64,000 bases of DNA from Polyangiales bacterium (GTDB lineage: Bacteria; Myxococcota_A; Polyangia; Polyangiales; Ga0077539). Each line of letters starts with the position of its first letter. Position 1 is the stretch's first letter. The notes under the pieces are model-generated. The model searched no databases, was not told the DNA's origin, and saw only the letters and a list, made by a program, of their open reading frames with translations. The position numbers and the translations under genes are program-made. The stretch is from assembly GCA_044229975.1 (NCBI GenBank), contig JBGARZ010000003.1, positions 160,001-224,000 of the forward strand, in the 5' to 3' direction. This document shows positions 48,511 to 60,177 of the stretch, piece by piece.

Positions 48511-50853
48511 ATGAACTCCCGCCTCCCCCGCACCGCGGTCGTCGCCGCCGCCTTCGTCCTCGCCGCCGGCTGCGCGCTGGTCGTGGTCCTGGTTCGCCAT
48601 GGTGGCAGCGGGCACGCGCCCCCACCGGGCCGCTGCGAGGTGTCGTCCACCCGCGCGCTCACGCCGGACGCCGCCGATCGGGTCGTCGGCCTCACCCACC
48701 GGGAGGGCACCTTCTGGGCGCTCGCCCTCCACAGACAGGGAGCCTCTCGGGTCGCCCAGTTGCTGCGGTCGACCTCCGGGCGGGAGGCGCCCACACCCGT
48801 CGCGACCTCGACGGTCACCGACGGGAGCGCCGTGGTGGGCCCGGTGCTGGTCCCTGACGGGGTGGCCTTCGTCGCCGCGGCGGGACCGGTCCTCCGCGCC
48901 ACCGCCTTCAACGGTCGCAGCGCACGCTCCATCGAGTTCCCTCGCGGCGAAGCTCCCGCGGGACGCGACGGCCTCACCCCGCGGCTGTCGCTCACCACCG
49001 AGGACGACGGCGCGCTCACCGTCGCCGCGCATTGGGACGGCCGCTTCGGGACGCGACGCCTGCACGCGCGCGACACCCGCGAGAGCGCCGGACTCGGCCC
49101 GCGGCGCCACGATCGCTTCGACTCGCCCGCGCTCACCGCGATCAACGACTCGCTGCTCGTGCTGCACGAGCGGCGCATCGGAACCTTCACCGACGAGACG
49201 TCCACCGCGTCCTCCCTGGAGGCGGTCGCTTTTCCCGCGGGTCCCTTCGATCCGGCTCCGCCTCATGACGCGCTGGTCTCCCTCGCGAGTGCGACGGCTC
49301 CGCGCCTCAGGTCCGTCGAGGGCACCGCCGTCGCTCTCTGGCGGGACGGCGTTCGGCTCGTGGCCACGCGCATCGACGTCACGCCGACGACCGTCGCCGT
49401 GAGCCCGACGCCCGTCGAGGTCGCGAGCCACGTGGGCAATCGGTACGACCTCGCCGCGGGCGCCGGAGCGTGCGCCGTCGCCGTGATGGCTGGCGCCGGG
49501 GCCAACACCTCCATCACCGTCCACGGCCTGCGCGCCGAAGGATGGTCACTCGTCGACGCGGGCTCGGCCGCCACGTCGGTCGGTGCGCCGCCCATCGACG
49601 ATCTCCGCGTCGCACGGGTCGGCGGCGGTGTCGTGATGGTCGCCCTCTCCGACAACGCACTCCGATCGTGGCGCGCCGACCTGAGCCCCACCTGCACGCC
49701 GACCGTGAGCCCGCTCTCGCTGCCGACAGCGCCTCTTCACGGCGCGGGGCTGCGTGTGATCGCGCTGTCGGGCGACGCGACGGGCGCCACCCTCCTGCTC
49801 ACACGAGACCCACTCGACGCGGCCTCGACGCAGGTGACTCGCATCGAGATCGACCCGAGCTACGCGGTGGCCGCGCCGGTCACCGAGGCGGTTCCTCAAT
49901 CGGTGACCGAGGGCGCCCGCTACGACGCGCGCATCGCGATGGTGGCCGGGCCGTCCCGCGGCACGGTGCGAGCGCAACGGCTGGGCGACCCCGGCGACGA
50001 CGACGAACCCGGTGAGGACATCCTGTTGCGACAGGCGCGCGGCGAGCGCATCGCGATGTTCGCCAGCGCCGAGCGCCACCGCATCTGGATCGCCGACCGA
50101 AGCGACGAGCGCTCCAATCCCTTCCATCCACCGCACGCGGTCGTGGTGCACTCGGTCATCGACACCCTCGAAGACGGCCCTCGCACCGAGGTCGCCACCG
50201 CGGCGCCCCCCGAGGCTGCGTTCGCCACGGTGGCCCTCCATCGATTCGAGTCTCCCGTCTCCAATCGACCCGCGTGGGCGCTAGTCACCGCGCCCGAACC
50301 GACCGCTCCGCACAACCTCGACGGCGCTTGGGCGTTCCTGTTCGACCCGCGCGACGAGCCCATCGCGAGAACCGCCCACGACGACAGCCCCATCCCCAAC
50401 GCCGCGCCGCTGCTGCCCACAGCGTTGCGCTCGCCGCGCGATCACGTCTCGTCCGTCGCGTGGCGAGGCACCGCGCTCGCGGCGGTGGTCTCTGGTCCGC
50501 GCGCGGGTGTTCGCCTCGTCACGGGCGATCCCTTCAACGGGAGCCTGCGCGACACGCCCCTGTGCGACACACCCGCGGCGATGATCCGCGGCGCCACGGT
50601 GCTGCCCCACGGCGATGGCTGGATCGCGTTCTGGTTGGACGTGACCCACCCACAGCCGATGCTGCGCGACCGGCGCTTCAATGCCGACGGTTCGGCTCGC
50701 GGTGCCGCTGAGACACTCGGGGAGTTTCTCCACCTCGACGAAGCCTCGCTCCCACCGAGCCTGCCTGCGACGACCGGCGCCGCGGACGAGTTCGCGGTGG
50801 CGGTGCCGACGCCCCATGGAGTTCGGCTCGCCGAGGTGCGCTGCTCGCGGTAG
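48511..50853 (+). CDS. Hypothetical membrane-anchored, beta-rich exported protein
   Basis: 780-aa ORF with N-terminal TM; no recognised motif. Confidence 0.65.
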   Translation: MNSRLPRTAVVAAAFVLAAGCALVVVLVRHGGSGHAPPPGRCEVSSTRALTPDAADRVVGLTHREGTFWALALHRQGASRVAQLLRSTSGREAPTPVATSTVTDGSAVVGPVLVPDGVAFVAAAGPVLRATAFNGRSARSIEFPRGEAPAGRDGLTPRLSLTTEDDGALTVAAHWDGRFGTRRLHARDTRESAGLGPRRHDRFDSPALTAINDSLLVLHERRIGTFTDETSTASSLEAVAFPAGPFDPAPPHDALVSLASATAPRLRSVEGTAVALWRDGVRLVATRIDVTPTTVAVSPTPVEVASHVGNRYDLAAGAGACAVAVMAGAGANTSITVHGLRAEGWSLVDAGSAATSVGAPPIDDLRVARVGGGVVMVALSDNALRSWRADLSPTCTPTVSPLSLPTAPLHGAGLRVIALSGDATGATLLLTRDPLDAASTQVTRIEIDPSYAVAAPVTEAVPQSVTEGARYDARIAMVAGPSRGTVRAQRLGDPGDDDEPGEDILLRQARGERIAMFASAERHRIWIADRSDERSNPFHPPHAVVVHSVIDTLEDGPRTEVATAAPPEAAFATVALHRFESPVSNRPAWALVTAPEPTAPHNLDGAWAFLFDPRDEPIARTAHDDSPIPNAAPLLPTALRSPRDHVSSVAWRGTALAAVVSGPRAGVRLVTGDPFNGSLRDTPLCDTPAAMIRGATVLPHGDGWIAFWLDVTHPQPMLRDRRFNADGSARGAAETLGEFLHLDEASLPPSLPATTGAADEFAVAVPTPHGVRLAEVRCSR

Positions 50854-50974
50854 AACACCGCGTGGCCGCGAGAGACCTCACGCCGCTTGCAGGGCGTGAA
50901 CAACCCGCGGTAGTCCTGCGTCCGTCCCCAGCGGTGCCGTCGAGGCCCCGACCTAGACTCAGCGGAGGCTCCCA

Positions 50975-51403
50975 ATGAAGAGGGTGCTGATCGTCGAAGA
51001 CGATGCCAACGAGCGCTTCACCCTGTCGCGGGTGTTGGAGCGCGTCGGATACGAGGTGACCGCGGTGTCGACCGCCGAAGAGGCCGTCGCGGCGCTCCCC
51101 GGGGTGACCTTCCACGCTGTGGTGAGCGACGTGATGATGCCCGAGACGGATGGGGTGTCCCTCGCCCGCTCCATCGCCGAGCGCTCCCCAGGGACGCCGG
51201 TCATCCTGGTAAGCGCGTGCCACATCGCGCCCCGTCAGCTCGACCGCATGTGCATCGGCACGCTGCACTTCCTCGACAAGCCCATCGACATACCGCAGCT
51301 CCTCGCGGTGCTCGAAGCGCCGCACGGCGGGCCCATCGCGCGCGGCGAGACCTGCTCGGTCGCCGAGGCGCTGCGCCCGGACAGCACTCGCCCCCGTCAC
51401 TGA
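50975..51403 (+). CDS. Single-domain response regulator
   Basis: VLIVEDD, SDVMMP, ILVSA, LDKP; GGAGG SD. Confidence 0.9.
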   Translation: MKRVLIVEDDANERFTLSRVLERVGYEVTAVSTAEEAVAALPGVTFHAVVSDVMMPETDGVSLARSIAERSPGTPVILVSACHIAPRQLDRMCIGTLHFLDKPIDIPQLLAVLEAPHGGPIARGETCSVAEALRPDSTRPRH

Positions 51404-51455
51404 TCAGGTCAGCGCGGGGGCGATCGCAGTCGCGTCGGTCTGTGGGGGAGAGGCT

Positions 51456-53321
<1,866 letters not shown>

Positions 53322-53413
53322 CGAACGGCTCCTCCGCGCCGCAATAACCGGCCGCGCTGTCTGTACGATCTGTCGGCCCCCGTCAAATCATCCATCCGAT
53401 CCATCATTGCCTT

Positions 53414-55309
53414 TCAGCCCTGCCCCCGGCGCTGCTTCACCAGGTCGCGCTGCATGTTCAGCTTCTCGTTCAGCTTCTGTTCTTCGCTCTTCGGGTCGCC
53501 GCGCATGCCGTCGCGCGCGCTCTGCTGCTTCAACGACTTCGCAGCATCGAGGATGCGCACGCGACGCAGCGTGCCGACCGCGTCACGCAGCGAGGCCGTG
53601 CACCTCTCCTTCAGGGTCCCGTCGTCGTCCGCGTTGGGAATCAACCGCTGGCCCAGCCACTCGCGCACCCGGTCGTTGGGGGCCAACTCCAGCAGCGTGG
53701 TCGCGACGAGGCGCTGGTCGGCCAGCCACTGCGCGATCGCCGCGCGCACGAAAGGCGAAAGCCCCTCGTCGATCAGCGCGCCAAACTCCTCGGCCTCGGG
53801 CGTGGCCAGCAGCTCCGAACACAGCAGCACCGACTCGATGCCGCTCGCGGTCGCTACGCGGATGATCTTGGGCAGGTCTTCGTTGATCTCGTCGGGCGAC
53901 GTGAGCCCCGCGCGCTGACGCACCTCCGCCGCGGGAAACGGCGAGGACTTCGCCGCCTTGGCCGCCTGCGCCTGGTGCTCGCGGATGGCCCGCACGATGA
54001 GGGGCTCGTCGAGGTAGAGCGCCTTCGCCGCGAGCCGCACATAGACGTCGCGCTCGATGCTGTCCCGCACCTCGGCGATCACCGGAGCCAGGGCCCTCGC
54101 CGCTGCCACCCGCTCGGGCGTGTTGTCGCCGGAGCGCACCGCGGCGTCCTTGATGAGCCACTCGACGATGCTCGGCGCGTTCTTGAGCACGTCCGCCATG
54201 CCGGTTGCTCCGTAGCGCTCGTCCTGGCTGCGGAGGTAACCGTCGGGGTCCATCTTCTCCGGGAGCACGCCGACCCGCGCCACGAGCCCGACCTTCGCAC
54301 ACGACCCGTGCGCGGCCCGCGCGGCCTTGAGCCCCGCCTCATCGCCGTCGAACACGATGACCACGCTCTCGGCGAAGCGCCGCAGCAGCTTGGCCTGCGC
54401 GTCGGTGAAGCTCGTACCGAGCGGCGCGACGGTCTCGGTGAACCCGTGCTGGTGCATCTGCACCACGTCGAAGTTTCCCTCGACCAGGATCGCCTGCTCC
54501 TTCTGTCGCATCGGCGTGCGCGCGTTGCCGAGCCCGTAGAGCAGCTCGGACTTCTTGTAGATGGGCGTCTCGGGGCTGTTGATGTACTTGCCCGCGTCTT
54601 CGGGCACGAGCCCCTCGGGCATGTCTTCGGTGACCGCGACGACGCGCCCCGAGAAGGCCACCACCCGGTTGGCGCGGTCGACCACCGGGAACATCAGCCG
54701 ATGCCTGAAGCGGTCGTACCAGCCGCCGTTGCGCCCGGGCATGAGCAGCCCCGCGAGCTCGGCGTCGGCGGGCGAGACCTTCTGCGACTTCAGGTGCTCG
54801 GCGAGCCCATCCCAACGGGCCGGCGCGTACCCCAGGCGAAACTTCGCCACGAGCTCGTCGCTGATGCCGCGCTCCGACAACGCGTCGCGCGCCAACTCGC
54901 TGTACGGCGCGTCGAGCAGGCAGCGCTCGAAGTAGGCAGTGGCGGCTTCGCAGGCGTGGGCGAGGCGCTCTCCGAGGTCGCGCTGACGACGGTCTTCGGC
55001 GATGCGCTCGGGGTCGCGCGTCTCGGGCAGCTCGACGCCCGCCTTCTCCGCGAGCGCCCGCAGCGCCTCGACGAAGTTGACCCCCTCGATCTGCTCGTAG
55101 AACCGGAGCGCGTCGCCAGAGGCCTTGCAGCCGAAGCAGAAGTAGAAGCCGCGCTCGGGGCTGACGTTGAAGCTCGGCGTGCGCTCCTCGTGGAAGGGGC
55201 AGCGCGCGATCCAGTTGAGCCCGGCCCGGCGAAGAGGAACGTACTGTCCGACCAGGTCCACCAGGTCGACCCGGTTTCGTACCTGCTCGACGACGCTGCG
55301 ATCGATCAC
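53414..55309 (-). CDS. dnaG: DNA primase
   Basis: CPFH..CFGC zinc finger; KYINSPE, VEG, FDGDEAG, DPD. Confidence 0.97.
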   Translation of the reverse strand: MIDRSVVEQVRNRVDLVDLVGQYVPLRRAGLNWIARCPFHEERTPSFNVSPERGFYFCFGCKASGDALRFYEQIEGVNFVEALRALAEKAGVELPETRDPERIAEDRRQRDLGERLAHACEAATAYFERCLLDAPYSELARDALSERGISDELVAKFRLGYAPARWDGLAEHLKSQKVSPADAELAGLLMPGRNGGWYDRFRHRLMFPVVDRANRVVAFSGRVVAVTEDMPEGLVPEDAGKYINSPETPIYKKSELLYGLGNARTPMRQKEQAILVEGNFDVVQMHQHGFTETVAPLGTSFTDAQAKLLRRFAESVVIVFDGDEAGLKAARAAHGSCAKVGLVARVGVLPEKMDPDGYLRSQDERYGATGMADVLKNAPSIVEWLIKDAAVRSGDNTPERVAAARALAPVIAEVRDSIERDVYVRLAAKALYLDEPLIVRAIREHQAQAAKAAKSSPFPAAEVRQRAGLTSPDEINEDLPKIIRVATASGIESVLLCSELLATPEAEEFGALIDEGLSPFVRAAIAQWLADQRLVATTLLELAPNDRVREWLGQRLIPNADDDGTLKERCTASLRDAVGTLRRVRILDAAKSLKQQSARDGMRGDPKSEEQKLNEKLNMQRDLVKQRRGQG

Positions 55310-55362
55310 TCCGCTGCCGCCTCGCGCTGAAAGGAAATCGCTCGATGTCAGGAATACCCTGT

Positions 55363-55419
55363 CCGGTGAGCGGACCGTTGCGTAGCCCGACCCCCCAATA
55401 GGGTCAAGAAGCTCACCGG
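55363..55419 (-). promoter_or_regulatory. Putative dnaG-rpoD promoter enclosed by an inverted repeat
   Basis: Minus strand TTGACC (55407-55402), N17, TACGCA (55384-55379); flanked by CCGGTGAGC/GCTCACCGG. Confidence 0.45.
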
Positions 55420-55527
55420 CAGAAACTTCACGCGAATTTCCCCGGCAGATCCGCGCACCTGCGACCCGTTGGATTCTGCAAGACGAAGGCCACCGGGCTT
55501 CGTGATACCCATGACGGTTCTGCCCCG

Positions 55528-56103
55528 ATGAAGCCCTCCCCTCGCGCCCTCGTGACTCCCGCGCTCGTCACGGCCGCCCTCGCGGTGCCCCTCGTGGTCG
55601 CCGCGGACCCGTGGCCGTCCATCGCCATCCCCCCGGAAAACGCCCGCACCCTGCGAGTGCCTCCGCGTCGGCCGCCTCAGGGCGACGTCGACGCGAGGGC
55701 GCGTCTGCTCGTCGAAGCGCTGCGGACGGGAGCACCCGCGGACGTGCAGCGAGCCGAGGGGTTCTTCCTGCCGCGCGAGCCCTTCCTCGCCATCAAGGAC
55801 ATGTCGGGCGCAGCCGGGTACTTCGCCACGCTGCTGCGCTGGTACCGACGCGACATCGAGGCCGAGCGCGCGCAGCGCCGCGACTGGACCGGCGCCCGCT
55901 TCGAGGGCTTCGAGCTCTCGCGGGCGTGCACCTGGATGACCATCGGGCGCGAAGCCAACCGGCTGCCGTACTGGAGCTGCTACCGGTCCTCGCTGCGGGT
56001 CGCGGTCGGCCGACAGACCCGGCGCGTCGAGGTGCGGGTGATGATCCACTGGGGCGACCGCTGGTATGCGACGCACCTGGGGGCGATCCCGGCCCGGCAC
56101 TGA
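55528..56103 (+). CDS. Hypothetical secreted protein
   Basis: Signal peptide; host-like codon usage. Confidence 0.7.
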   Translation: MKPSPRALVTPALVTAALAVPLVVAADPWPSIAIPPENARTLRVPPRRPPQGDVDARARLLVEALRTGAPADVQRAEGFFLPREPFLAIKDMSGAAGYFATLLRWYRRDIEAERAQRRDWTGARFEGFELSRACTWMTIGREANRLPYWSCYRSSLRVAVGRQTRRVEVRVMIHWGDRWYATHLGAIPARH

Positions 56104-56151
56104 CGCGGAGGGACTCGACAGGGTCGCCTGCGAGGCGCTACGACCAACGCC

Positions 56152-56538
56152 ATGAGCACTCCAGACATCAAGTCGTACGCGGATTTCTGGCCGTACTACG
56201 TGCGCGCCCACCGCAAGCCGCAGACGCGCATCGTGCACGCCGTCGGCACCAGCATCGGCACCACCGTCGCCATCACGGGCCTGCTCACGGGCAAGAAGGG
56301 GATGATCCCGCTCGGCCTCGCGATCGGCTACGGCTTCGCCTGGTACTCGCACTTCTTCATCGAGGGAAACAAGCCGGCCACCTTCGGGCACCCGTTCTAC
56401 TCGTTCGCGAGCGACTGGGTGATGTTGTCCAAGATGCTCCGCGGCACCATGGACGCCGAGGTCGAGCGCGTCACCGCGCAGGCCGCCGAGGTCACCCCCG
56501 CGGCGGACGTCGTCGCCGCCGACGGCCTCCAGAACTAA
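56152..56538 (+). CDS. DUF962/Mpo1-like membrane protein
   Basis: FWPYYVRAH, HAVGT, GYGFAWYSHFFIEGNKPATF. Confidence 0.9.
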   Translation: MSTPDIKSYADFWPYYVRAHRKPQTRIVHAVGTSIGTTVAITGLLTGKKGMIPLGLAIGYGFAWYSHFFIEGNKPATFGHPFYSFASDWVMLSKMLRGTMDAEVERVTAQAAEVTPAADVVAADGLQN

Positions 56539-56556
56539 GCCCTCTCCACCGACCTC

Positions 56557-57297
56557 GTGTCGACCGCCGACCTCTCTCCGCCGCAGCGCGCCCGACGTCA
56601 CCTCGCGGTCGCCCTCGTCGCCGTCAACGCCCTCGTCTTCGTGCTCTCCCGCCCCGCCGCCGTGCACCGCGAGCTGCACGGGCTCATCGGCGTGGTCTTC
56701 CTCGTCGCGACGCTGCGGGGCGTGTCGCGCGACGACGACGACACCGAGCGCTACGGCATCCGCCTCGAAGGGCTCATCCCCGGCGGCAATGGTGACGCTC
56801 GCTCGCTCCCGCGCGCCGTCGTCGAGGCCATCCCGTCGGCCCTGCGTGAGCTCGGCGTCGCGGCCCTCGTCGCGGCGGTGGTGCTGCCCGTCTACTCGCT
56901 CGCGTGGCCGCTCTTCAACCACCCGATCGGCCCGCGGCACCTCCCCTTCGCCCACGACCCCATCGCCACCCTCCTCGGCGAGGTCGTCGCCGTCGCCCTC
57001 ACCGAAGAACTCTTCTTCCGCGGCTACCTCCAGACCCGCATCGCGGACGCGCTCGGCCTGCCCGACTTTACCCGCACCCGTAAGCCGCCCCTCGCCGACG
57101 CCGCCCGCGTGGTGGCGATCACCTCGCTCCTCTTCGCCCTCACCCACGTGCTCGCCGAGCCCGGCATCGGGCGCGCGGCGGTCTTCTTCCCGAGCCTGCT
57201 CTTCGGAGCCGTTCGCATCGCCCGCGGAGGCGTCGGCGCGGCCGTCGCGCTGCACGCGATCTGCAACGTCTTCGAGCGATACCTGGAGGGTCGCTAG
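56557..57297 (+). CDS. CPBP (Rce1-like) glutamic intramembrane protease, myxosortase-like
   Basis: ALTEELFFRGYLQ, FALTH, RAAVFFPSLLFG, HAICN. Confidence 0.85.
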   Translation: MSTADLSPPQRARRHLAVALVAVNALVFVLSRPAAVHRELHGLIGVVFLVATLRGVSRDDDDTERYGIRLEGLIPGGNGDARSLPRAVVEAIPSALRELGVAALVAAVVLPVYSLAWPLFNHPIGPRHLPFAHDPIATLLGEVVAVALTEELFFRGYLQTRIADALGLPDFTRTRKPPLADAARVVAITSLLFALTHVLAEPGIGRAAVFFPSLLFGAVRIARGGVGAAVALHAICNVFERYLEGR

Positions 57298-57306
57298 CCG
57301 ACCCGA

Positions 57307-57351
57307 CCTGGGTTCATCCCAGGGCTGCGCGGAGCCGAGTCAACTCCGTTT
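57307..57351. terminator. Hairpins between convergent genes
   Basis: CCTGGG-TTCAT-CCCAGG, then CGGAG..CTCCG followed by TTT. Confidence 0.4.
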
Positions 57352-57374
57352 GATTCCGGAAGAATCTCCCGGAG

Positions 57375-57701
57375 TCAGAGCCGACCGGTGCCGCCGCCCG
57401 AACGCACCACGCCGGGACCACTCGCAGCCTTCGCTCGACGGTCGGCGACGGAGCGGTCGAGCACCGCGCGCACGGCCGGGTCGAGCGTGTCGAGCTCCCA
57501 GGTCATGCGCCGCAACACCCCAGCGAGCACCTCGATCTGCGCGTCGGCCGAGCCGCGCTCGTCCACCAGGATGGTCGCCACGCCCTTCACCACGCAGTAC
57601 CCGCCGGCGGAGGTTCCGCGGCTCATGGGCTCCTTGCGCACCGTCAGCCCGCGCGACTGCGCCAGGGACACCAACGCCTCGACCAGGACCTTGCCTCGCA
57701 T
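57375..57701 (-). CDS. Small hypothetical protein
   Basis: GLTVRKE..GGYCVVKG..ILVD..QIEVLA; high GC3. Confidence 0.7.
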   Translation of the reverse strand: MRGKVLVEALVSLAQSRGLTVRKEPMSRGTSAGGYCVVKGVATILVDERGSADAQIEVLAGVLRRMTWELDTLDPAVRAVLDRSVADRRAKAASGPGVVRSGGGTGRL

Positions 57702-57769
57702 CGCACGCGAGCATCGCACGCCCGTCGAGCGAGACTCCACCGCGACCGCTCTGGTACTCAATCGGGGTC

Positions 57770-58063
57770 ATGGGACGAAAGGTGCTCGACCCGAAGGAAG
57801 TCCGCGACCTGCTGGAAGACACGACCTGGAGGCAGGAGGGCGACGCGATCACCGCGAGCTTCCCCTTTGGCGACTATGAGCAGGCATTCGCGTTCGCGAC
57901 GCGCATCGCGCTCTACGCGCAGCGCGCCGACCACCACCCCGACCTCCTCATCAAGTGGGGCGAGGTCACGGTGACATGGTCGACCCACGACGCGGGCGGC
58001 GTCACGCGCCGCGACGTCGACGCGGCCCTCCACGTGTCGAGCTTCGCGCCCCGACAGCCGTAG
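57770..58063 (+). CDS. phhB: Pterin-4-alpha-carbinolamine dehydratase
   Basis: DHHPDL, WSTHDAGGVT..D. Confidence 0.9.
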   Translation: MGRKVLDPKEVRDLLEDTTWRQEGDAITASFPFGDYEQAFAFATRIALYAQRADHHPDLLIKWGEVTVTWSTHDAGGVTRRDVDAALHVSSFAPRQP

Positions 58064-58074
58064 ACCGCGCCGTC

Positions 58075-59685
58075 ATGTCCCTGCGCTCACCGCTCGCGAT
58101 GTGCCTCGTGGTGGCGGTGCTCGCGTTGTTTCCGTATCTCAACGCGCTCCCCAACGGCTTCGCCCACGACGACGACGCGGCCATCCGCGAGCACCCCGCC
58201 GTCACCGGCTCCGCGCCCCTCGGGCGGGTCTTCGCGCTGGACTTCTGGGGTCACGACGCGCGGCGCGGCCCCTCCATCGGAACCTGGCGCCCCCTGACCT
58301 CCCTCTCCTTCGCCCTCGACTGGCGCGTCGGTGCGGGCTCACCGGCGAGCTTCCATCGCACCAACGTCGTTCTCCACGTCCTCGCGAGCGTCGGCCTCCT
58401 GCTGCTTCTGCGGCGGGCTCCCTTCTCACCGCCCGTGGCTCTCGTCGCTGCAGCGCTCTTCGCCACGCACCCGGTACACACCGAGGCCGTCACCTCGATC
58501 GTCGGCCGTGCCGAGCTCCTTGGGTTCTGCCTCGCGCTCGTGGTCGTCGCGCTGCATCCGCGAGATGGCCCCGCCGCGCGAGCCGCACAAGCGATGGCCT
58601 TCGTCGCAGCATGCCTCGCCAAGGAGTCGTCCGCGCTTCTCGCGCCGCTGCTGCTCGCGAGCGATGTGCTGGCTGGTCAGGCGCGTCCGCGATGGTCGCG
58701 GTACGCGCTGCTCGCCGCCTCGCTCGCCCTGGTGCTCGCGCTGCGATGGCGCGCGCTCGGGCGCCTCGTGGGCTTCGATCCCGACCACCTCGGCAACCCC
58801 CTCGCCCACGCCCCTTGGCTGCCGCGCGAGGTCTCCGCGCTCGGTCTCTTCGGACACGCCGTCTCGCTCGTCGTCGCGCCGCACACCCTGCGCGCGGACT
58901 ACGGCGCCTCGGTGGTCACGGCCTCCACGGCGCTGACGATCACCCACGCCGTCGCGCTCGTCGCCCTCGTCGCGCTCGGTGTCGTCGTCTGGCGATCGCG
59001 ACGGGTGCATCCCCAGGTGGCCGCGGCGGCGCTGTGGTTCGCGGTGCCCACGGCGCTCGGGTGCAACGTGCTCCTCGCGCTCCCGGTGAGCTTCGCCGAG
59101 CGCTTCCTCTACCTGCCGTCGGCCGCGGGTCTCCTGCTGCTCGCGCTCGCGCTCGAACGCGCCCTGCGCGCGAGACCTGCGTGGGCGATGGGCGTTGTGG
59201 CGCTGCCCGTCGTGCTGGTCTTTGGCGCGCTCACGATGCGGCGCAACCCCGAGTGGGCCAGCACCCAGCGCCTCACCCTCGCGACGGTGCGCGACGAGCC
59301 GCGCAGCGCGCTCTTCCAGTTCAATCGCGCGGTGATGTTCATCGGCGAGCGGCGCTTCGACGAGGCGCTCGCGCGCTGCAACACCGTGAGCGCCCTCGCC
59401 CCGCGCTGGTCGACGGCTTGGGGCTGCCGCGCGGTGCTCCTCGAACGCGCCGGTCGGGTCGCCGAAGCCGAGGCGTCGTTTCGCACCATGCGCGCGCAGC
59501 CCGACGTGCGGAGCTGCCAGTACTGGGTCGGCTACGCCCGCTTCCTCGCGCGCACCGGCAGGCCCTCCGAGGCCCTCGTCGAGCTCGACGCCATGCGCGG
59601 CTCGGCCGCCTACGACCAGCGTGCGCGCCACCTCCACCAACAACTCCGCCGCGCTCTCACACCTCAGAGCTCCCATCCTTTCTGA
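58075..59685 (+). CDS. TMTC/DUF1736-like GT-C glycosyltransferase with C-terminal TPRs
   Basis: FAHDD, DFWG, WRPL, HPVHTEAV..IVGRAE, KE, NPL, ADY, AERFLYLPS, RNPEW. Confidence 0.85.
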   Translation: MSLRSPLAMCLVVAVLALFPYLNALPNGFAHDDDAAIREHPAVTGSAPLGRVFALDFWGHDARRGPSIGTWRPLTSLSFALDWRVGAGSPASFHRTNVVLHVLASVGLLLLLRRAPFSPPVALVAAALFATHPVHTEAVTSIVGRAELLGFCLALVVVALHPRDGPAARAAQAMAFVAACLAKESSALLAPLLLASDVLAGQARPRWSRYALLAASLALVLALRWRALGRLVGFDPDHLGNPLAHAPWLPREVSALGLFGHAVSLVVAPHTLRADYGASVVTASTALTITHAVALVALVALGVVVWRSRRVHPQVAAAALWFAVPTALGCNVLLALPVSFAERFLYLPSAAGLLLLALALERALRARPAWAMGVVALPVVLVFGALTMRRNPEWASTQRLTLATVRDEPRSALFQFNRAVMFIGERRFDEALARCNTVSALAPRWSTAWGCRAVLLERAGRVAEAEASFRTMRAQPDVRSCQYWVGYARFLARTGRPSEALVELDAMRGSAAYDQRARHLHQQLRRALTPQSSHPF

Positions 59686-59814
59686 CCTCTGACGACACCA
59701 CCCGCTTGCGCGGAACTCCCCTTCGTCTTCGCGGCCGCACTACGGTTCGAGACACCAACGGCGCGTCTCCCCTCAAGCCGCGACCGATGTCGACCGATTG
59801 GAGGAGAGGCGCAC

Positions 59815-60126
59815 ATGTCGAACCGCCACCGGGACGTTCTCCGTCCCCCCATCGCCCCACGCCTCGACCGCATCGACCCTCGCGTCGAGCCCGACCTCGA
59901 TGCGAGCCGCGACTTCCAGATGTCAGCCCTCGCCCGCATCGCCCTCGTGCAGCGGCGCGTCGTCGTCGAGCCCGAAGAGCGCCCCGCCATCGCCGCGCCG
60001 AAGCCCCGCGCCGACTTCGCTCGCCCCCCGCGTCGACCTCCCGCGCCGACAGACGAGCGCGGCGTGTGGTGCTTCCGTCCCGGCGACGAGCGCGTCGAGG
60101 TGGTCGACCTCCCCGACGACGACTGA
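59815..60126 (+). CDS. Small hypothetical protein
   Basis: SD GGAGGAG; high GC3; acidic C-terminus. Confidence 0.6.
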   Translation: MSNRHRDVLRPPIAPRLDRIDPRVEPDLDASRDFQMSALARIALVQRRVVVEPEERPAIAAPKPRADFARPPRRPPAPTDERGVWCFRPGDERVEVVDLPDDD

Positions 60127-60177
60127 CGCGCGCGGCGCTTGACAGGCGCGCTTCGTCCGCGCTGTCTTGGCGACGAA

